Below are positions 19,084-29,238 of a stretch of 43,470 nt of DNA, piece after piece. The position numbers and the translations under genes were made by a program. Under the pieces are notes generated by a model. It searched no databases. It was not told where the DNA came from and saw only the letters and a list, made by a program, of their open reading frames with translations. Each line of letters begins with the position of its first letter. Positions within the stretch are counted from its first letter, which is position 1. Source of the stretch: Candidatus Aminicenantales bacterium (GTDB lineage: Bacteria; Acidobacteriota; Aminicenantia; Aminicenantales; Saccharicenantaceae); NCBI GenBank assembly GCA_049512315.1, contig JBEKXF010000001.1, positions 201,340 to 244,809 on the forward strand, read 5' to 3'.

Positions 19084-19634
19084 GGACATTCATCGCCATC
19101 GACCTCGACCCGGAGCTCAAGCGGTCGCTCCAGAACCTCATCCTGAAGCTCAAGCGAACGGGTGCGGACATCCGCTGGGTCAGTTCCCAGGGGATGCACC
19201 TGACCTTGAAATTCCTCGGCGACATCGAAGAGGACCGGGTCCCCGCCGTCGAGAGCGTTCTGAGAGGGGCAGCGGCCGCGAGCCCGAGCTTTCCGCTTGT
19301 CCTCCAGGGGACGGGGACTTTTCCGGGGGAGGAAAGTCCCCGGGTCATCTGGGCCGGGTTCAAGGAGGCGCCGGCGCTTCTCGCCCTCCAGAAGGCGGTC
19401 GAGGACGGCCTTGAGCGGGAGGGCTTTCCGCGGGAAGAGAGGGAGTTCCATCCCCATCTGACCCTCGGCCGGGTCAAGAGCCCGTCCCACATCCGGGAAG
19501 CCCTGCTCGAGCTCGGGGAATACCGGGGGGCCTTATTTGGGGAAATGACCGCCAGCAAGCTCACCCTATTTGAGAGCATCCTCAAGCCCCAGGGAGTCGA
19601 ATACAGGGCGGTTTCGGGGTTCGAATTCGCATGA
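19080..19634 (+). CDS. thpR: RNA 2',3'-cyclic phosphodiesterase (2H family)
   Basis: MRTFIAI start; two HxT motifs (HLTLKFLG, HLTLGR). Confidence 0.94.
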   Translation: MRTFIAIDLDPELKRSLQNLILKLKRTGADIRWVSSQGMHLTLKFLGDIEEDRVPAVESVLRGAAAASPSFPLVLQGTGTFPGEESPRVIWAGFKEAPALLALQKAVEDGLEREGFPREEREFHPHLTLGRVKSPSHIREALLELGEYRGALFGEMTASKLTLFESILKPQGVEYRAVSGFEFA

Positions 19635-20221
19635 AGACCCTCTTTGCCGTCGCCTCCTATCTCCTGGGATCGATCCCTACGGGCTATCTCCTCGTCCGGG
19701 CGACGGACCGGAGCGACATCCGCCGGTCCGGCAGCCGGAGCACGGGGGCCACGAACGTTCTCCGGGTCAAGGGGCTGAGATTTGCCATCCCCGTCGTGGT
19801 CGCTGACGTCGCCAAGGGCTTTCTTCCGGTTTTCTTCGGGATCAGGATCTTCCACGACCCCGCTCTGGCCGCTTTCTTCGGCTTCCTGGCCGCGTTCGGA
19901 CACTGTTTCCCGTTTTCGATCGGCTTCAAGGGCGGAAAGGGAATGGCCACATCCATGGGGGCCTACGCCGCTCTGGCCCTGCCGCCCTTTTTCGCCAGCC
20001 TGGCCCTCTTTGTCCTGACCGTAGCGGCGACCCGCTTCATCTCGCTCGGATCGATCCTGGCCGCGGCCTCGTTCCCCTTCTTCCTCCTCCTTCTCCACGG
20101 CCCGCGGTCCGCCTTCATCTGGAGCCTGGCGATCGCCGCCCTCGTCCTCTTCAAGCACAAGGACAATATCGGTCGCCTCCTCGGCGGGACGGAGAGGAAG
20201 CTGGGAGAAAAAACGCCATGA
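19631..20221 (+). CDS. plsY: Glycerol-3-phosphate acyltransferase
   Basis: YLLGSIP, GATNVLR, GHCFP, FKGGKG, KHKDNIGRL..GTE. Confidence 0.94.
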   Translation: MKTLFAVASYLLGSIPTGYLLVRATDRSDIRRSGSRSTGATNVLRVKGLRFAIPVVVADVAKGFLPVFFGIRIFHDPALAAFFGFLAAFGHCFPFSIGFKGGKGMATSMGAYAALALPPFFASLALFVLTVAATRFISLGSILAAASFPFFLLLLHGPRSAFIWSLAIAALVLFKHKDNIGRLLGGTERKLGEKTP

Positions 20222-21213
20222 AAGCCTCCGTCATCGGCGCCGGCAGCTGGGGGTCGGCCTTCGCCCGCTACCTCGGCCAGATCAAGATCCCGGCCCGTCT
20301 CTGGGTCCGGGAGGAAGACATCTACGGGGATCTCGTCAAGACCCGTGAAAACCGGACGTTCCTGCCAGGCTTTACCTTCCCCACTCCCGTAACGTTTTCC
20401 ACCAACATCAAGGAAACCGTTCTCTTCGGAGACATCCTTTTCATCGCCGTCCCTTCCCAGTTCTGCCGGTCCGTGTACGCCAGGATCGCCCCGTTCCTTG
20501 AGGATGGCCAGATCGTCGTCAGCCTGACCAAGGGCATCGACCAGAAGTCGCTCAAGCGGATGAGCCAGGTGATGGAAGAGACCTTCCGGCCTCACGCCCG
20601 GCCCCACCTGGCCGTCCTTTCGGGGCCGAGCTTCGCCCGGGACGTGGCGGCGGGGCATCCTACGGCCCTCGTCGTGGCCTCAAGAGATCCCGACACGGCC
20701 AGAACCGTCCAGCACCTCATCTCCAGCCTGACGATCCGTGTCTACACGAGTCCGGACGTAACGGGCGTCGAGATCGCGGGGGCCCTCAAGAACGTCATCG
20801 CCATCGCCGCGGGCATCGTCGACGCCATGGATTTCGGCCTGAACTCGAGGGCCGCGCTCATCACCCGGGGGCTCGTCGAGATCACCAAGATCGGCCTCGC
20901 GCTCGGCGCCCAGAAAAAGACCTTTTCGGGGCTGGCCGGGATCGGAGACCTCGTCCTGACCTGCACGGGAGAGTTGAGCCGCAACCATTATGTCGGGTAT
21001 CAGCTGGGCAAGGGAAAATCCCTGGAGGCCATCCTGTCGCGGATGAAGATGGTAGCTGAGGGAGTCCATACGACGCACTCGGCCCGCCGTCTGGCCCGGG
21101 CCCGGGGCGTCGAAATGCCCATCACCCAGCAGGTCTACCAAGTCCTCTATCGGAACAAGCCTCCCCGGAAGGCCCTTCAGGACCTCATGTCCCGGGCGTT
21201 GCGGGAGGAATAG
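20218..21213 (+). CDS. gpsA: NAD(P)H-dependent glycerol-3-phosphate dehydrogenase
   Basis: GAGSWG, TKGI, SGPSFA, GALKNVIAI, GLAGIGDLVLTC, SRN. Confidence 0.95.
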   Translation: MKASVIGAGSWGSAFARYLGQIKIPARLWVREEDIYGDLVKTRENRTFLPGFTFPTPVTFSTNIKETVLFGDILFIAVPSQFCRSVYARIAPFLEDGQIVVSLTKGIDQKSLKRMSQVMEETFRPHARPHLAVLSGPSFARDVAAGHPTALVVASRDPDTARTVQHLISSLTIRVYTSPDVTGVEIAGALKNVIAIAAGIVDAMDFGLNSRAALITRGLVEITKIGLALGAQKKTFSGLAGIGDLVLTCTGELSRNHYVGYQLGKGKSLEAILSRMKMVAEGVHTTHSARRLARARGVEMPITQQVYQVLYRNKPPRKALQDLMSRALREE

Positions 21214-21258
21214 ACGGGACCGGAAGCGGGGGTCCGCTCCGGCCAAAGGAGAGATGCC

Positions 21259-22053
21259 ATGCGAGCCAAGAGCGTTATCGTCCTTTTCTTCTCCGTGAGC
21301 TTGACATTCTGCGCGACCTCCCAGCAGAAATTGCAGCAATCCAGGGCCAAGGATCCCAAGTACCAGTACAACCTCGGGCTTGTCTACCTCAACCAGAGCA
21401 ACCTCGACCCCAAGAACATCGACGAGGCCATCAAGTATTTCGTCAAGGCCCTGGCCCTCGACACTCGGTACTACCTGGCCTGGAACGCTATCGGCCTCGC
21501 CCAGTCCCTGAAGGGCAACCTCGTGGAGTCCGCCAAAGCGTACGAGAACTGCCTGGAGATCCATCCCGAGTTCACGGAGGCCCACAACAACCTGGGGATC
21601 ATTTACTCGGAACTTAACCAATTGGACAAGGCGGAGGCGGAGTTCCAGAAGGTCATCGCCGACCTAACCTATCAAACTCGCGAGGTCGCCTACTGCAACC
21701 TGGCCCGCCTCTATCTTGGCCAGAACCGGCTCGATCTGGCCTACGAGAACGTGCAGAAGGCCCTCCAGGCCAAGCCCCGTCTGGCCATGGCTCACAACCT
21801 GATGGGGATGATTCTCGAAAAGCAGAACAAGCCCGATGACGCCGTGGCGGCTTATGAGCGGGCGGTCAAGATCGTCCCCGACGACCTCCAGTTCAGCTTC
21901 AACCTTGGGGCCGCTTATCTGGGGACGGGCGAAACGGCCAAGGCGAAAGACATTTTCCTGAGGATCTCCCCCAGGGTCACCGACCCGGGCATGAAAACAA
22001 GGATCGACCAGTTCCTGAAAGATATCGACAAGAAGAAGTGCCCGCATCCCTGA
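21259..22053 (+). CDS. TPR-repeat protein, probable lipoprotein (PilF/PilW-like)
   Basis: N-terminal hydrophobic stretch ending in Cys; repeated YNLG/HNNLG/YCNLA/HNLMG/FNLG TPR motifs. Confidence 0.8.
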   Translation: MRAKSVIVLFFSVSLTFCATSQQKLQQSRAKDPKYQYNLGLVYLNQSNLDPKNIDEAIKYFVKALALDTRYYLAWNAIGLAQSLKGNLVESAKAYENCLEIHPEFTEAHNNLGIIYSELNQLDKAEAEFQKVIADLTYQTREVAYCNLARLYLGQNRLDLAYENVQKALQAKPRLAMAHNLMGMILEKQNKPDDAVAAYERAVKIVPDDLQFSFNLGAAYLGTGETAKAKDIFLRISPRVTDPGMKTRIDQFLKDIDKKKCPHP

Positions 22054-22069
22054 GGGAACCCCCGGTCCG

Positions 22070-23326
22070 TCAGGTCCCTTCTTTCCAGTCGGCCAGGTAC
22101 CTTTTTTGGGCGGGCGTCAGCCTGTCGATGGCCGAGCCCATGGACCTCAGCTTGAGGGCCGCGATCTTCTCGTCGATCTCCACCGGCACGGGGTAAACCT
22201 TGTTCTCGAGCTGTCGGCCGTGGCCGGCCAGGTAAAGCGCGCTCTGGGCCTGGTTGGCGAAGCTCATGTCCATGACCATGGCCGGGTGTCCCTCCGCCGC
22301 GGCGAGGTTGATCAGTCGTCCCTCCCCGAGGAGGTGGATCCTGCGCCCGTCCCGGAGCTTGTATTCGTCGACGGAATCCCGGATGCGCCTCTTGGATTTC
22401 GCCAGGCTTTCCAGGGCCGGGATGTCGACCTCGACGTTGAAATGGCCGGCGTTGGCGACGATGGCCCCGTCCTTCATGCGGAGGAAGTGCTCGCGCCGGA
22501 CGACGGACTTGTTGCCGGTCACCGTCAGGAAAATATCGCCGCGGCTCGCGGCCTCCGCCATCGGCATGACCTCGAAGCCGTCCATCACGGCCTCGATGGC
22601 CCGGATCGGGTTGACCTCGGTTACGATGACGCGGGAGCCGGCCCCCCGGGCCCTCATCGCGACGCCCTTGCCGCACATCCCGTAGCCGGCGACCACGAAG
22701 TTCAAGCCGGCGAGCAGGACGTTGGTGGCCCGGAGGATCCCGTCGAGGGTGCTCTGGCCCGTCCCGTAACGGTTGTCGAACAGGTGTTTGGTCTGGGCAT
22801 CGTTGACGGCGATGATGGGATAGCGGAGGACCTTGGCTCTGGCCATGCTCCTGAGGCGGATGACTCCGGTCGTCGTCTCTTCGGTCCCGCCCAGAATCCC
22901 CGGCAGAAGGTCCTTGCGCCGCGAATGGATCGTCGAGACGAGGTCCGCGCCGTCGTCCATGGTCAAGGTGGGGCCGTGGTCGAGGGTCTGGAGGATATGG
23001 CGGTAGTAGGTCTTTTGGTCCTCCCCCTTCCGGGCGAAGACCGGGATCTTGTGATATTTCACGAGGGCGGCCGGGATGTCGTCCTGGGTGCTGAGCGGGT
23101 TCGAAGCGCAGAGACGGACGTCGGCGCCCCCAAGCTTCAGGGCCTCCATGAGGTTGGCCGTCTCGCTCGTCACGTGGAGACAGGCCGAGACGCGGATCCC
23201 CCGCAGGGGCTTGTCCTTGGCAAAGCTTTTTTTGATCAGACGGAGGACCGGCATGGAGCGTTCCGCCCATTCCATCCGGAGCCGGCCCTTTGCGGCCAGG
23301 GCCATGTCTTTCACGTCATAGTCCAT
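22070..23326 (-). CDS. ahcY: S-adenosylhomocysteine hydrolase
   Basis: [52 protein letters not shown]. Confidence 0.97.
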   Translation of the reverse strand: MDYDVKDMALAAKGRLRMEWAERSMPVLRLIKKSFAKDKPLRGIRVSACLHVTSETANLMEALKLGGADVRLCASNPLSTQDDIPAALVKYHKIPVFARKGEDQKTYYRHILQTLDHGPTLTMDDGADLVSTIHSRRKDLLPGILGGTEETTTGVIRLRSMARAKVLRYPIIAVNDAQTKHLFDNRYGTGQSTLDGILRATNVLLAGLNFVVAGYGMCGKGVAMRARGAGSRVIVTEVNPIRAIEAVMDGFEVMPMAEAASRGDIFLTVTGNKSVVRREHFLRMKDGAIVANAGHFNVEVDIPALESLAKSKRRIRDSVDEYKLRDGRRIHLLGEGRLINLAAAEGHPAMVMDMSFANQAQSALYLAGHGRQLENKVYPVPVEIDEKIAALKLRSMGSAIDRLTPAQKRYLADWKEGT

Positions 23327-23389
23327 GTTCTCGTTCTCCTTGCGAATTTCGCGGTCGACGGGTCCCGCCGAGGCCCCCGGGGGCGGCCT

Positions 23390-24565
23390 TCAGGAGAGCC
23401 CGGCCTCTTTCCGGAGCGTGAGGGCCTTGTCGGTCCTTTCCCAGGTGAATTCCTCTTCGGTCCGGCCGAAATGGCCGTAGGCGGCAGTCTTCTGGAAGAT
23501 TGGCCGGAGAAGGTCGAGGTGCCGGATCATGCCCTTGGGCGTCAGCGGGAAATGGGCTCGGATCATGTCCTTGATGGTGTCTTCCGGGATCTTCGCCGTC
23601 CCGAACGACTCCACCATGACGGAGATAGGCCCCGGGATTCCGATACAGTAGGCGATCTGGATCTCCAGCCGGTCCGCGATGCCGGCGGCCACGATGTTCT
23701 TGGCGATGTACCGGGCCATGTAGGAGCCGGAGCGGTCGACCTTGGACGGGTCCTTGCCCGAGAAACAGCCGCCGCCGTGGCTGCCGACGCCGCCATAGGT
23801 GTCGACGATGATCTTCCGTCCCGTGATGCCCGTGTCGGCGAAGGGTCCGCCCTGCTCGAAACGGCCGGTCCCGTTGATGAAGACGTTCTTCCAGGACCTC
23901 TTGTCCATGAGCTCCTCCGGGATGACCTCCCGGATGACGGCTTCGCGGAGGTCCCCGCGCAGGTCCTCCATGTCAACAGACGCGTTGTGCTGGGCGGCAA
24001 GGATGACGGCCTCCACCCGGACGGGCTTCGTTCCATCGTATTCGACCGTCACCTGGGTCTTCCCATCGGGCCTGAGGTAAGGCAGGAGCTTGTTCCTGCG
24101 GACATCGGCCAGCCGGCGGGCCATCTTGTGGGCCAGCATGATGGGCAGGGGCATGAGCTCGGGCGTCTCCCGGCAGGCGAAGCCGAACATGACACCCTGG
24201 TCGCCGGCACCCTGTTCGTGGTCGGGCTTGTCATCGACGCCGAGGGCGATGTCGGTCGACTGCTCATGAATGGAGGAAAGGACGCAGCAGGTCTTGTAGT
24301 CGAACCCGTAGTTGGCCTTGGTGTAACCAATCTCCCGGACCTTGTTCCGAACGACCTTCTGGAAATCGCAGTAGCCCAGAGTCGTGATCTCTCCCGCGAT
24401 CAGAACGAGCCCGGTCGTGGTCAGGGTTTCGCAGGCTACCCGGCTCCGGGGGTCCTGCCGGACGAGGTCGTCCAGGACAGCGTCCGAGATCTGGTCGCAG
24501 ACCTTGTCCGGGTGACCTTCGGTCACGGATTCCGACGAGAACAGGTGCTTGCCGCCTTGACTCAT
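23390..24565 (-). CDS. metK: S-adenosylmethionine synthetase
   Basis: [51 protein letters not shown]; start at MSQGG. Confidence 0.97.
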   Translation of the reverse strand: MSQGGKHLFSSESVTEGHPDKVCDQISDAVLDDLVRQDPRSRVACETLTTTGLVLIAGEITTLGYCDFQKVVRNKVREIGYTKANYGFDYKTCCVLSSIHEQSTDIALGVDDKPDHEQGAGDQGVMFGFACRETPELMPLPIMLAHKMARRLADVRRNKLLPYLRPDGKTQVTVEYDGTKPVRVEAVILAAQHNASVDMEDLRGDLREAVIREVIPEELMDKRSWKNVFINGTGRFEQGGPFADTGITGRKIIVDTYGGVGSHGGGCFSGKDPSKVDRSGSYMARYIAKNIVAAGIADRLEIQIAYCIGIPGPISVMVESFGTAKIPEDTIKDMIRAHFPLTPKGMIRHLDLLRPIFQKTAAYGHFGRTEEEFTWERTDKALTLRKEAGLS

Positions 24566-24713
24566 CAGCGACCCTCCGCGCGAATTGACCCTCTCGGGCA
24601 GCCCATAAATAGCACAATCCGGAGAGGTTTTCAATCCGCCGCCCCATTTGATATTTCGTTTTTGTTTGTGCTATTGTTGTCTGTCTTACGGCTCGCCGGC
24701 CCAAAAGAGAGGC

Positions 24714-26054
24714 ATGAGCAAAGCAACCACCTTGCTGCTGACCGCGACCCTGCTCCTCGCGGCGGGGCCGCCATCCGCCTGGCCGCAGAAAGCCGTCTCG
24801 TCCGGCTGGAGATTCCCGATCGAAGAATACCGGCTGAACAACGGCCTGCGGGTCATCCTGTCCGCGGACGAAACCCTTCCTTTGGTGTCTGTCGTCCTGG
24901 CCTACGGGGCGGGCTCGATCCGGGAGCAACAGGGCCAGGCCGGCCTGGCCTATCTCATGGAGAACCTGATGTTCCAAGGGTCCGAGAACATCGGCCCTCT
25001 TCAGCATCTCAGCTACATCCAGAGGACCGGGGGGATCGTCAACGCCGATACGACTCTTGACAAAGCCGTGTATTATCAAACTCTCCCCTCGAACCAGCTG
25101 GCCCTGGCTCTCTGGCTCGAATCCGACCGGATGAGATCGCTCCAGATCACGGCGGGGAGCCTTGAGAAGAGGCGGGAGGAGATCCTCGCCGAACACCGGC
25201 GCCGCCTGGCCACAGAGCCCTACCTCGAGAGCTATTCGGTTTTCGACGCATCCCTTTATCCCGACTTCCCTTACGGCCATCCGTTGATCGGCACCGGCGG
25301 GGATCTCGAAAGCCTGACCGAGGCCGACATCAAAGCCTTCTACGCCGGCTGCTATATCCCCAACAACGCCGTGCTCACGATCGTCGGGGACATCCAGATC
25401 GCCAGGACAAAAGAGCTCGTCACTAAGTATTTCGATCCTATCCCCCCAGGGAGCGCGGTTTCCCCTCCTCCCCGGCCCAATTTTGAACAGCCCCGGGAAG
25501 TCGTCCAGATGATGCAGGATGCCTCCCTTCCGTCACCGGGGTTTCACCTTGGCTACCGGCTCTTCCCGCCCCAGACGGGCGACGCCTACACGTTGAAGAT
25601 CCTCGAAGACCTGCTGTTCCGCGGCCGGACGTCCCGGCTGTACACGCGGATCATGAAAAGGGATCTGACGGCCTATTACTTCTGGGGAGGTCTCGAAAAT
25701 CGCCGGGGGGTCCTGGCCCTGAAGATTTTCGCCCTCAACACTACCGATGTCATGGCCGAGCGCTGTCAGAAGGCGCTGCTCTCGGAGTTCGAGAAACTCA
25801 AGGTCGGACTCGTCTCCGAGGATGAGCTCAACAAGGCCCGGCGCCTTTTCAAATTGGACTATCTCCAGAGGCTTTCGACCGGCCTGGACAGGGCCCTGTA
25901 TCTCGCCGATGCCGCTTTCGCCGAAATCCCCCTCCAGGCCCTTCCGTCCGAGCTCGAGAAATACATGAAGGTCAGCTCCCAAAGCCTGAACCTCCTCGTG
26001 AACAGGCTTTTTGTCCCGGGCAACAAAGTCGTCCTGAACATAAGGATCAGATGA
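24714..26054 (+). CDS. M16 (pitrilysin) family protein, catalytic-type subunit with degenerate zinc motif (YLMEN in place of HxxEH); signal peptide
   Basis: LNNGLRVIL, GLAYLMENLMFQGS, NADT, LWLESDRM, YGHPLIG, YIPNNAVLTIVGD. Confidence 0.85.
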   Translation: MSKATTLLLTATLLLAAGPPSAWPQKAVSSGWRFPIEEYRLNNGLRVILSADETLPLVSVVLAYGAGSIREQQGQAGLAYLMENLMFQGSENIGPLQHLSYIQRTGGIVNADTTLDKAVYYQTLPSNQLALALWLESDRMRSLQITAGSLEKRREEILAEHRRRLATEPYLESYSVFDASLYPDFPYGHPLIGTGGDLESLTEADIKAFYAGCYIPNNAVLTIVGDIQIARTKELVTKYFDPIPPGSAVSPPPRPNFEQPREVVQMMQDASLPSPGFHLGYRLFPPQTGDAYTLKILEDLLFRGRTSRLYTRIMKRDLTAYYFWGGLENRRGVLALKIFALNTTDVMAERCQKALLSEFEKLKVGLVSEDELNKARRLFKLDYLQRLSTGLDRALYLADAAFAEIPLQALPSELEKYMKVSSQSLNLLVNRLFVPGNKVVLNIRIR

Positions 26055-27526
26055 GACCACAGTCCCGGCCTTTCCCGATCGTCGCGGTCATCGCGCTCGC
26101 GGCCGCTCTGGTCGGCAGTCTGACGGTCCCCGCCGCCGCCCAGGGAAGGTTCCGGCGGACGCCGCCGATCCCTGACTCCTTCCGCGAACTCAAGCTCCCC
26201 GAGATCCAATCGATCCCGATGGCCAACGGCCTGACCGTAGCCGTCACTCCCCAGCCCGGCTCTCCTCTCCTCACGCTTCAGGTCGTGATCCGGGCCGGCG
26301 AGAGCGACTCGCCCCGGGACCTTCCGTACACGGCGACGCTTGCGGCCCGGATGATGGATCGCGGCACGAAAGAGCTGTCGGCAGATGACATGGAGAACAT
26401 AGTCGAGTCCATCGGCGGTGATCTCTCGGTGACGGTCTCCATGGATTATACCGTCCTGACCCTTCAGGTCCTCGCGGAGTACCTGGACAGAGCACTGGAC
26501 ACCCTGAGGCTGATGGTCCTGGAGCCGGAATTCAGAGACCTGGAGTTTGCGTCCACCCGGAGGACCTTTTTCTACGAACTCCAGGACCGTAATAAGAATC
26601 CCGAATTCGTGGGGCACCGCCACCTCCTGCGGATCCTTTTCGAGAACAACCCCTACCAGACGGCGACCTGGGGCGAGGATGTGCTCAAGTATGTCACCTT
26701 GAAAGACGCCCATGCTTTCTACAACAGGTTCTACGCTCCCAACAACACGGTCTTCGTTGTCGCGGGAGACGTCGACGGCCCCGCGATCGCCCGGAAGATC
26801 GGCCAACGATTCGCCGCCTGGCCCCGCCGGCTTATCGACAGGCCCGCCGCTCCTCCCGCCCCGACGCCCAATACCAAAGAGAGAGTCTGTTTCCTCGACC
26901 ACCCGGGCTCGGAAGACGCCGTGATCTTCGTGGGGAACCTGGTCATGCCGCCGTCGGCATCGGATTATTATCCTTTCCTCGTCCTCAACCAGGCCCTGGG
27001 CGGGACGATGAACAGCCGTCTTTTCATGAGCCTCAGGGAATCGAAAGGGTTCGCCTATGCCGCCTTCAGCGAGGCTGAATTCTTCCGGGCTTGCGGGGTT
27101 TTTTGGGCCAAGGCCAGGGTCGCTCCCGAAATGATCCATGCCGCCGTCCAGGAGATCATCAAGGAATTCAAGGCCTTCTCGTCGGAGAAGGTCGTCCCCG
27201 CCGAGATCGAAGAGGCTAAATCGTTCCTTGTCGGGCAGCTCCCGCTGAAGTTCGAATCCCCGGACCGCTATGCCGACCGGCTGGCCTGGGTCGTCGCTCT
27301 GGGGTTGGACGCCGGCCACTGGAACCGGGCTTCGGACAACCTCATGCTGGTCAACGCGGAGAAGGTCATCGAAGCCGCCCAGAAGTATCTCCCCATGACC
27401 CCCGTTGTCGTCATCGTGGGAAAAATGGAATGGGCCGGCGCGGCCCTCAAGGATTTCGATGCCGTCGAGATCTATGACAGCACGGGCGCTTTCAAAACGA
27501 TCCTTCGCCAAGGAGTGGAAAAATGA
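26051..27526 (+). CDS. M16 family protein, non-catalytic partner subunit (R/Y motif); signal peptide
   Basis: MANGLTV, RGT, FYAPNN..VVAGD, LGG.MNSRLF.SLRESKGFAY; ATGA overlap with the upstream gene. Confidence 0.87.
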   Translation: MRPQSRPFPIVAVIALAAALVGSLTVPAAAQGRFRRTPPIPDSFRELKLPEIQSIPMANGLTVAVTPQPGSPLLTLQVVIRAGESDSPRDLPYTATLAARMMDRGTKELSADDMENIVESIGGDLSVTVSMDYTVLTLQVLAEYLDRALDTLRLMVLEPEFRDLEFASTRRTFFYELQDRNKNPEFVGHRHLLRILFENNPYQTATWGEDVLKYVTLKDAHAFYNRFYAPNNTVFVVAGDVDGPAIARKIGQRFAAWPRRLIDRPAAPPAPTPNTKERVCFLDHPGSEDAVIFVGNLVMPPSASDYYPFLVLNQALGGTMNSRLFMSLRESKGFAYAAFSEAEFFRACGVFWAKARVAPEMIHAAVQEIIKEFKAFSSEKVVPAEIEEAKSFLVGQLPLKFESPDRYADRLAWVVALGLDAGHWNRASDNLMLVNAEKVIEAAQKYLPMTPVVVIVGKMEWAGAALKDFDAVEIYDSTGAFKTILRQGVEK

Positions 27527-29205
27527 AGCTTGTCGAATGCGTCCCGAATTTCAGCGAAGGCCGGGACAGGGAAAAGATTCAGGTCATCGTCCGCGAGATT
27601 GAAGCCGTCCCGGAGGTCCGACTCCTGGACGTGGACCCCGGCGAATCGACCAACCGGACGGTCGTGACGTTCATCGGGCCTCCGGAGGCCGTCCGGGAAG
27701 CGGCTTTCCGGGCCATCGCCAAGGCCGCGGAAGTCATCGACATGCGGGCCCACAAGGGGGCCCACAGCCGGATCGGGGCCACCGATGTCTGTCCCTTTGT
27801 CCCGGTTTCTGGCGTGACCATGGAGGATTGCGTCCGCCTGGCCCAGGAGCTGGGCGCCCGTGTGGCCCAAGAGCTCGGGATCCCGGTCTATCTCTACGAA
27901 GCGGCCGCCCAGAAGCCCGAACGGAGGAACTTGGCCACGGTCAGGGCCGGCGAATACGAAGGCCTGCCCGAAAAACTCAACGACCCGGCCTGGGCCCCCG
28001 ACTACGGCGCCCCCGTCTTCAACGCCAAGTCCGGAGCCACCGTGATCGGGGCGAGGGAATTCCTCATTGCCTACAATATCAACCTGAACACCCGCGACCG
28101 GAAACTGGCCAACGAGATTGCCCTGAGCTTGCGGGAGAGCGGCCGGGCCAAGAGGGACAGGAACGGCGATATCGTCAAGGATGCCAAAGGAAATCCGGCC
28201 AAGATCCCGGGCAAGTTCAAGGAGGTCAAGGCCGTCGGCTGGTACATCGAGGATTATGGCCGGGCCCAGATCTCGGTCAATTTCACGAATTACAGGATCT
28301 CCCCGCCCCACCTGGTCTTCGACGAGGCTTCAAGGCTGGCGGCGAAGCTGGGGCTCCGGGTGACGGGCAGCGAATTGGTCGGCCTCATCCCGAAAGAAGC
28401 CCTCCTCATGGCGGGGCGCTACTATCTTGAAAAGCAGGGCAAGAGCGCCGGGGTCCCCGAAGAGGAACTCGTCCGGACCGCCGTCATCTCGCTGGGGCTC
28501 AGCGACGTGGCCCCCTTCGACCCGGACAAAAAGATCATCGAGAACCAGTTCAAGGATTCCGGCCGGCGTCTTATCTCGATGAGCCTCCGGGAATTCGTCG
28601 ATGAGCTCTCCATGGATTCACCGACCCCCGGCGGAGGGAGCGTCGCCGCCCTCTGCGGGGCGCTTTCGGCGGCCTTGTCTTCGATGGTCTCGAACCTGAC
28701 TGTAGGCAAGAAAGGATACGAAGGGGCCGAGACCGAGATGAGATCCGTCGCGGTCCGGGCCCAGGCCGTCAAGGACGACCTCCTCAGAGCGGTGGACCGG
28801 GATACCCTGGCCTTCAACAAGGTCATGGAGGCCCTCGGGCTCCCGAAAACAACGCCCGAGCAGGCTCTGGAAAAAGAAAAGGCCCTCGAAGAGGCCACTA
28901 AGGAAGCGACCCTGGTCCCCTTGGAAGTCATGGAGAGGTGCGGGGAGGCCGTCCATCTGGCGGGGCTGGCGGCCTCGAACGGTTACAGGAACTCCCTCAG
29001 CGACGCCGGGGTGGGCGGCCTGATCGCAGCCGCGGCCGGAGAGGGGGCCTACCTCAACATCCTGATCAACCTTCCGACCATCCGTGACGAAAAGTTCAGG
29101 GCCCGGGTCCGGCGGCAGGCAGACGGGCTGAAAGCGGAGATGGACCGGACAGTCCGGGTGATCAGGAAGGTCATCGAGCGGGAGCTCGAAAGGCCGAAGG
29201 CCTGA
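27523..29205 (+). CDS. ftcD: Bifunctional glutamate formimidoyltransferase / formiminotetrahydrofolate cyclodeaminase
   Basis: LVECVPNFSEGR, NRTVVT, HSRIGATDVCPF, GAREFLIAYN, SELVGL; cyclodeaminase domain PTPGGGSVAA, SDAGVG, LNILINL. Confidence 0.93.
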   Translation: MKLVECVPNFSEGRDREKIQVIVREIEAVPEVRLLDVDPGESTNRTVVTFIGPPEAVREAAFRAIAKAAEVIDMRAHKGAHSRIGATDVCPFVPVSGVTMEDCVRLAQELGARVAQELGIPVYLYEAAAQKPERRNLATVRAGEYEGLPEKLNDPAWAPDYGAPVFNAKSGATVIGAREFLIAYNINLNTRDRKLANEIALSLRESGRAKRDRNGDIVKDAKGNPAKIPGKFKEVKAVGWYIEDYGRAQISVNFTNYRISPPHLVFDEASRLAAKLGLRVTGSELVGLIPKEALLMAGRYYLEKQGKSAGVPEEELVRTAVISLGLSDVAPFDPDKKIIENQFKDSGRRLISMSLREFVDELSMDSPTPGGGSVAALCGALSAALSSMVSNLTVGKKGYEGAETEMRSVAVRAQAVKDDLLRAVDRDTLAFNKVMEALGLPKTTPEQALEKEKALEEATKEATLVPLEVMERCGEAVHLAGLAASNGYRNSLSDAGVGGLIAAAAGEGAYLNILINLPTIRDEKFRARVRRQADGLKAEMDRTVRVIRKVIERELERPKA

Positions 29206-29238
29206 CCCCGACTCCCGGGCGGCCGCGGGCCGGTCCGT

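Noticed and set aside
17806..19634. No recA after cinA-thpR
   Set aside because: Gene order in this cluster is variable across bacteria, so the absence is not informative.
24566..24713. Possible SAM or SAH riboswitch upstream of metK-ahcY
   Set aside because: No SAM-I, SAM-II or SAH consensus was visible. The region is short and accounted for by divergent promoters.
22106..25060. 984-aa plus-strand ORF
   Set aside because: It is the antisense shadow of ahcY and metK, typical of high-GC codon bias, with no recognisable motifs.
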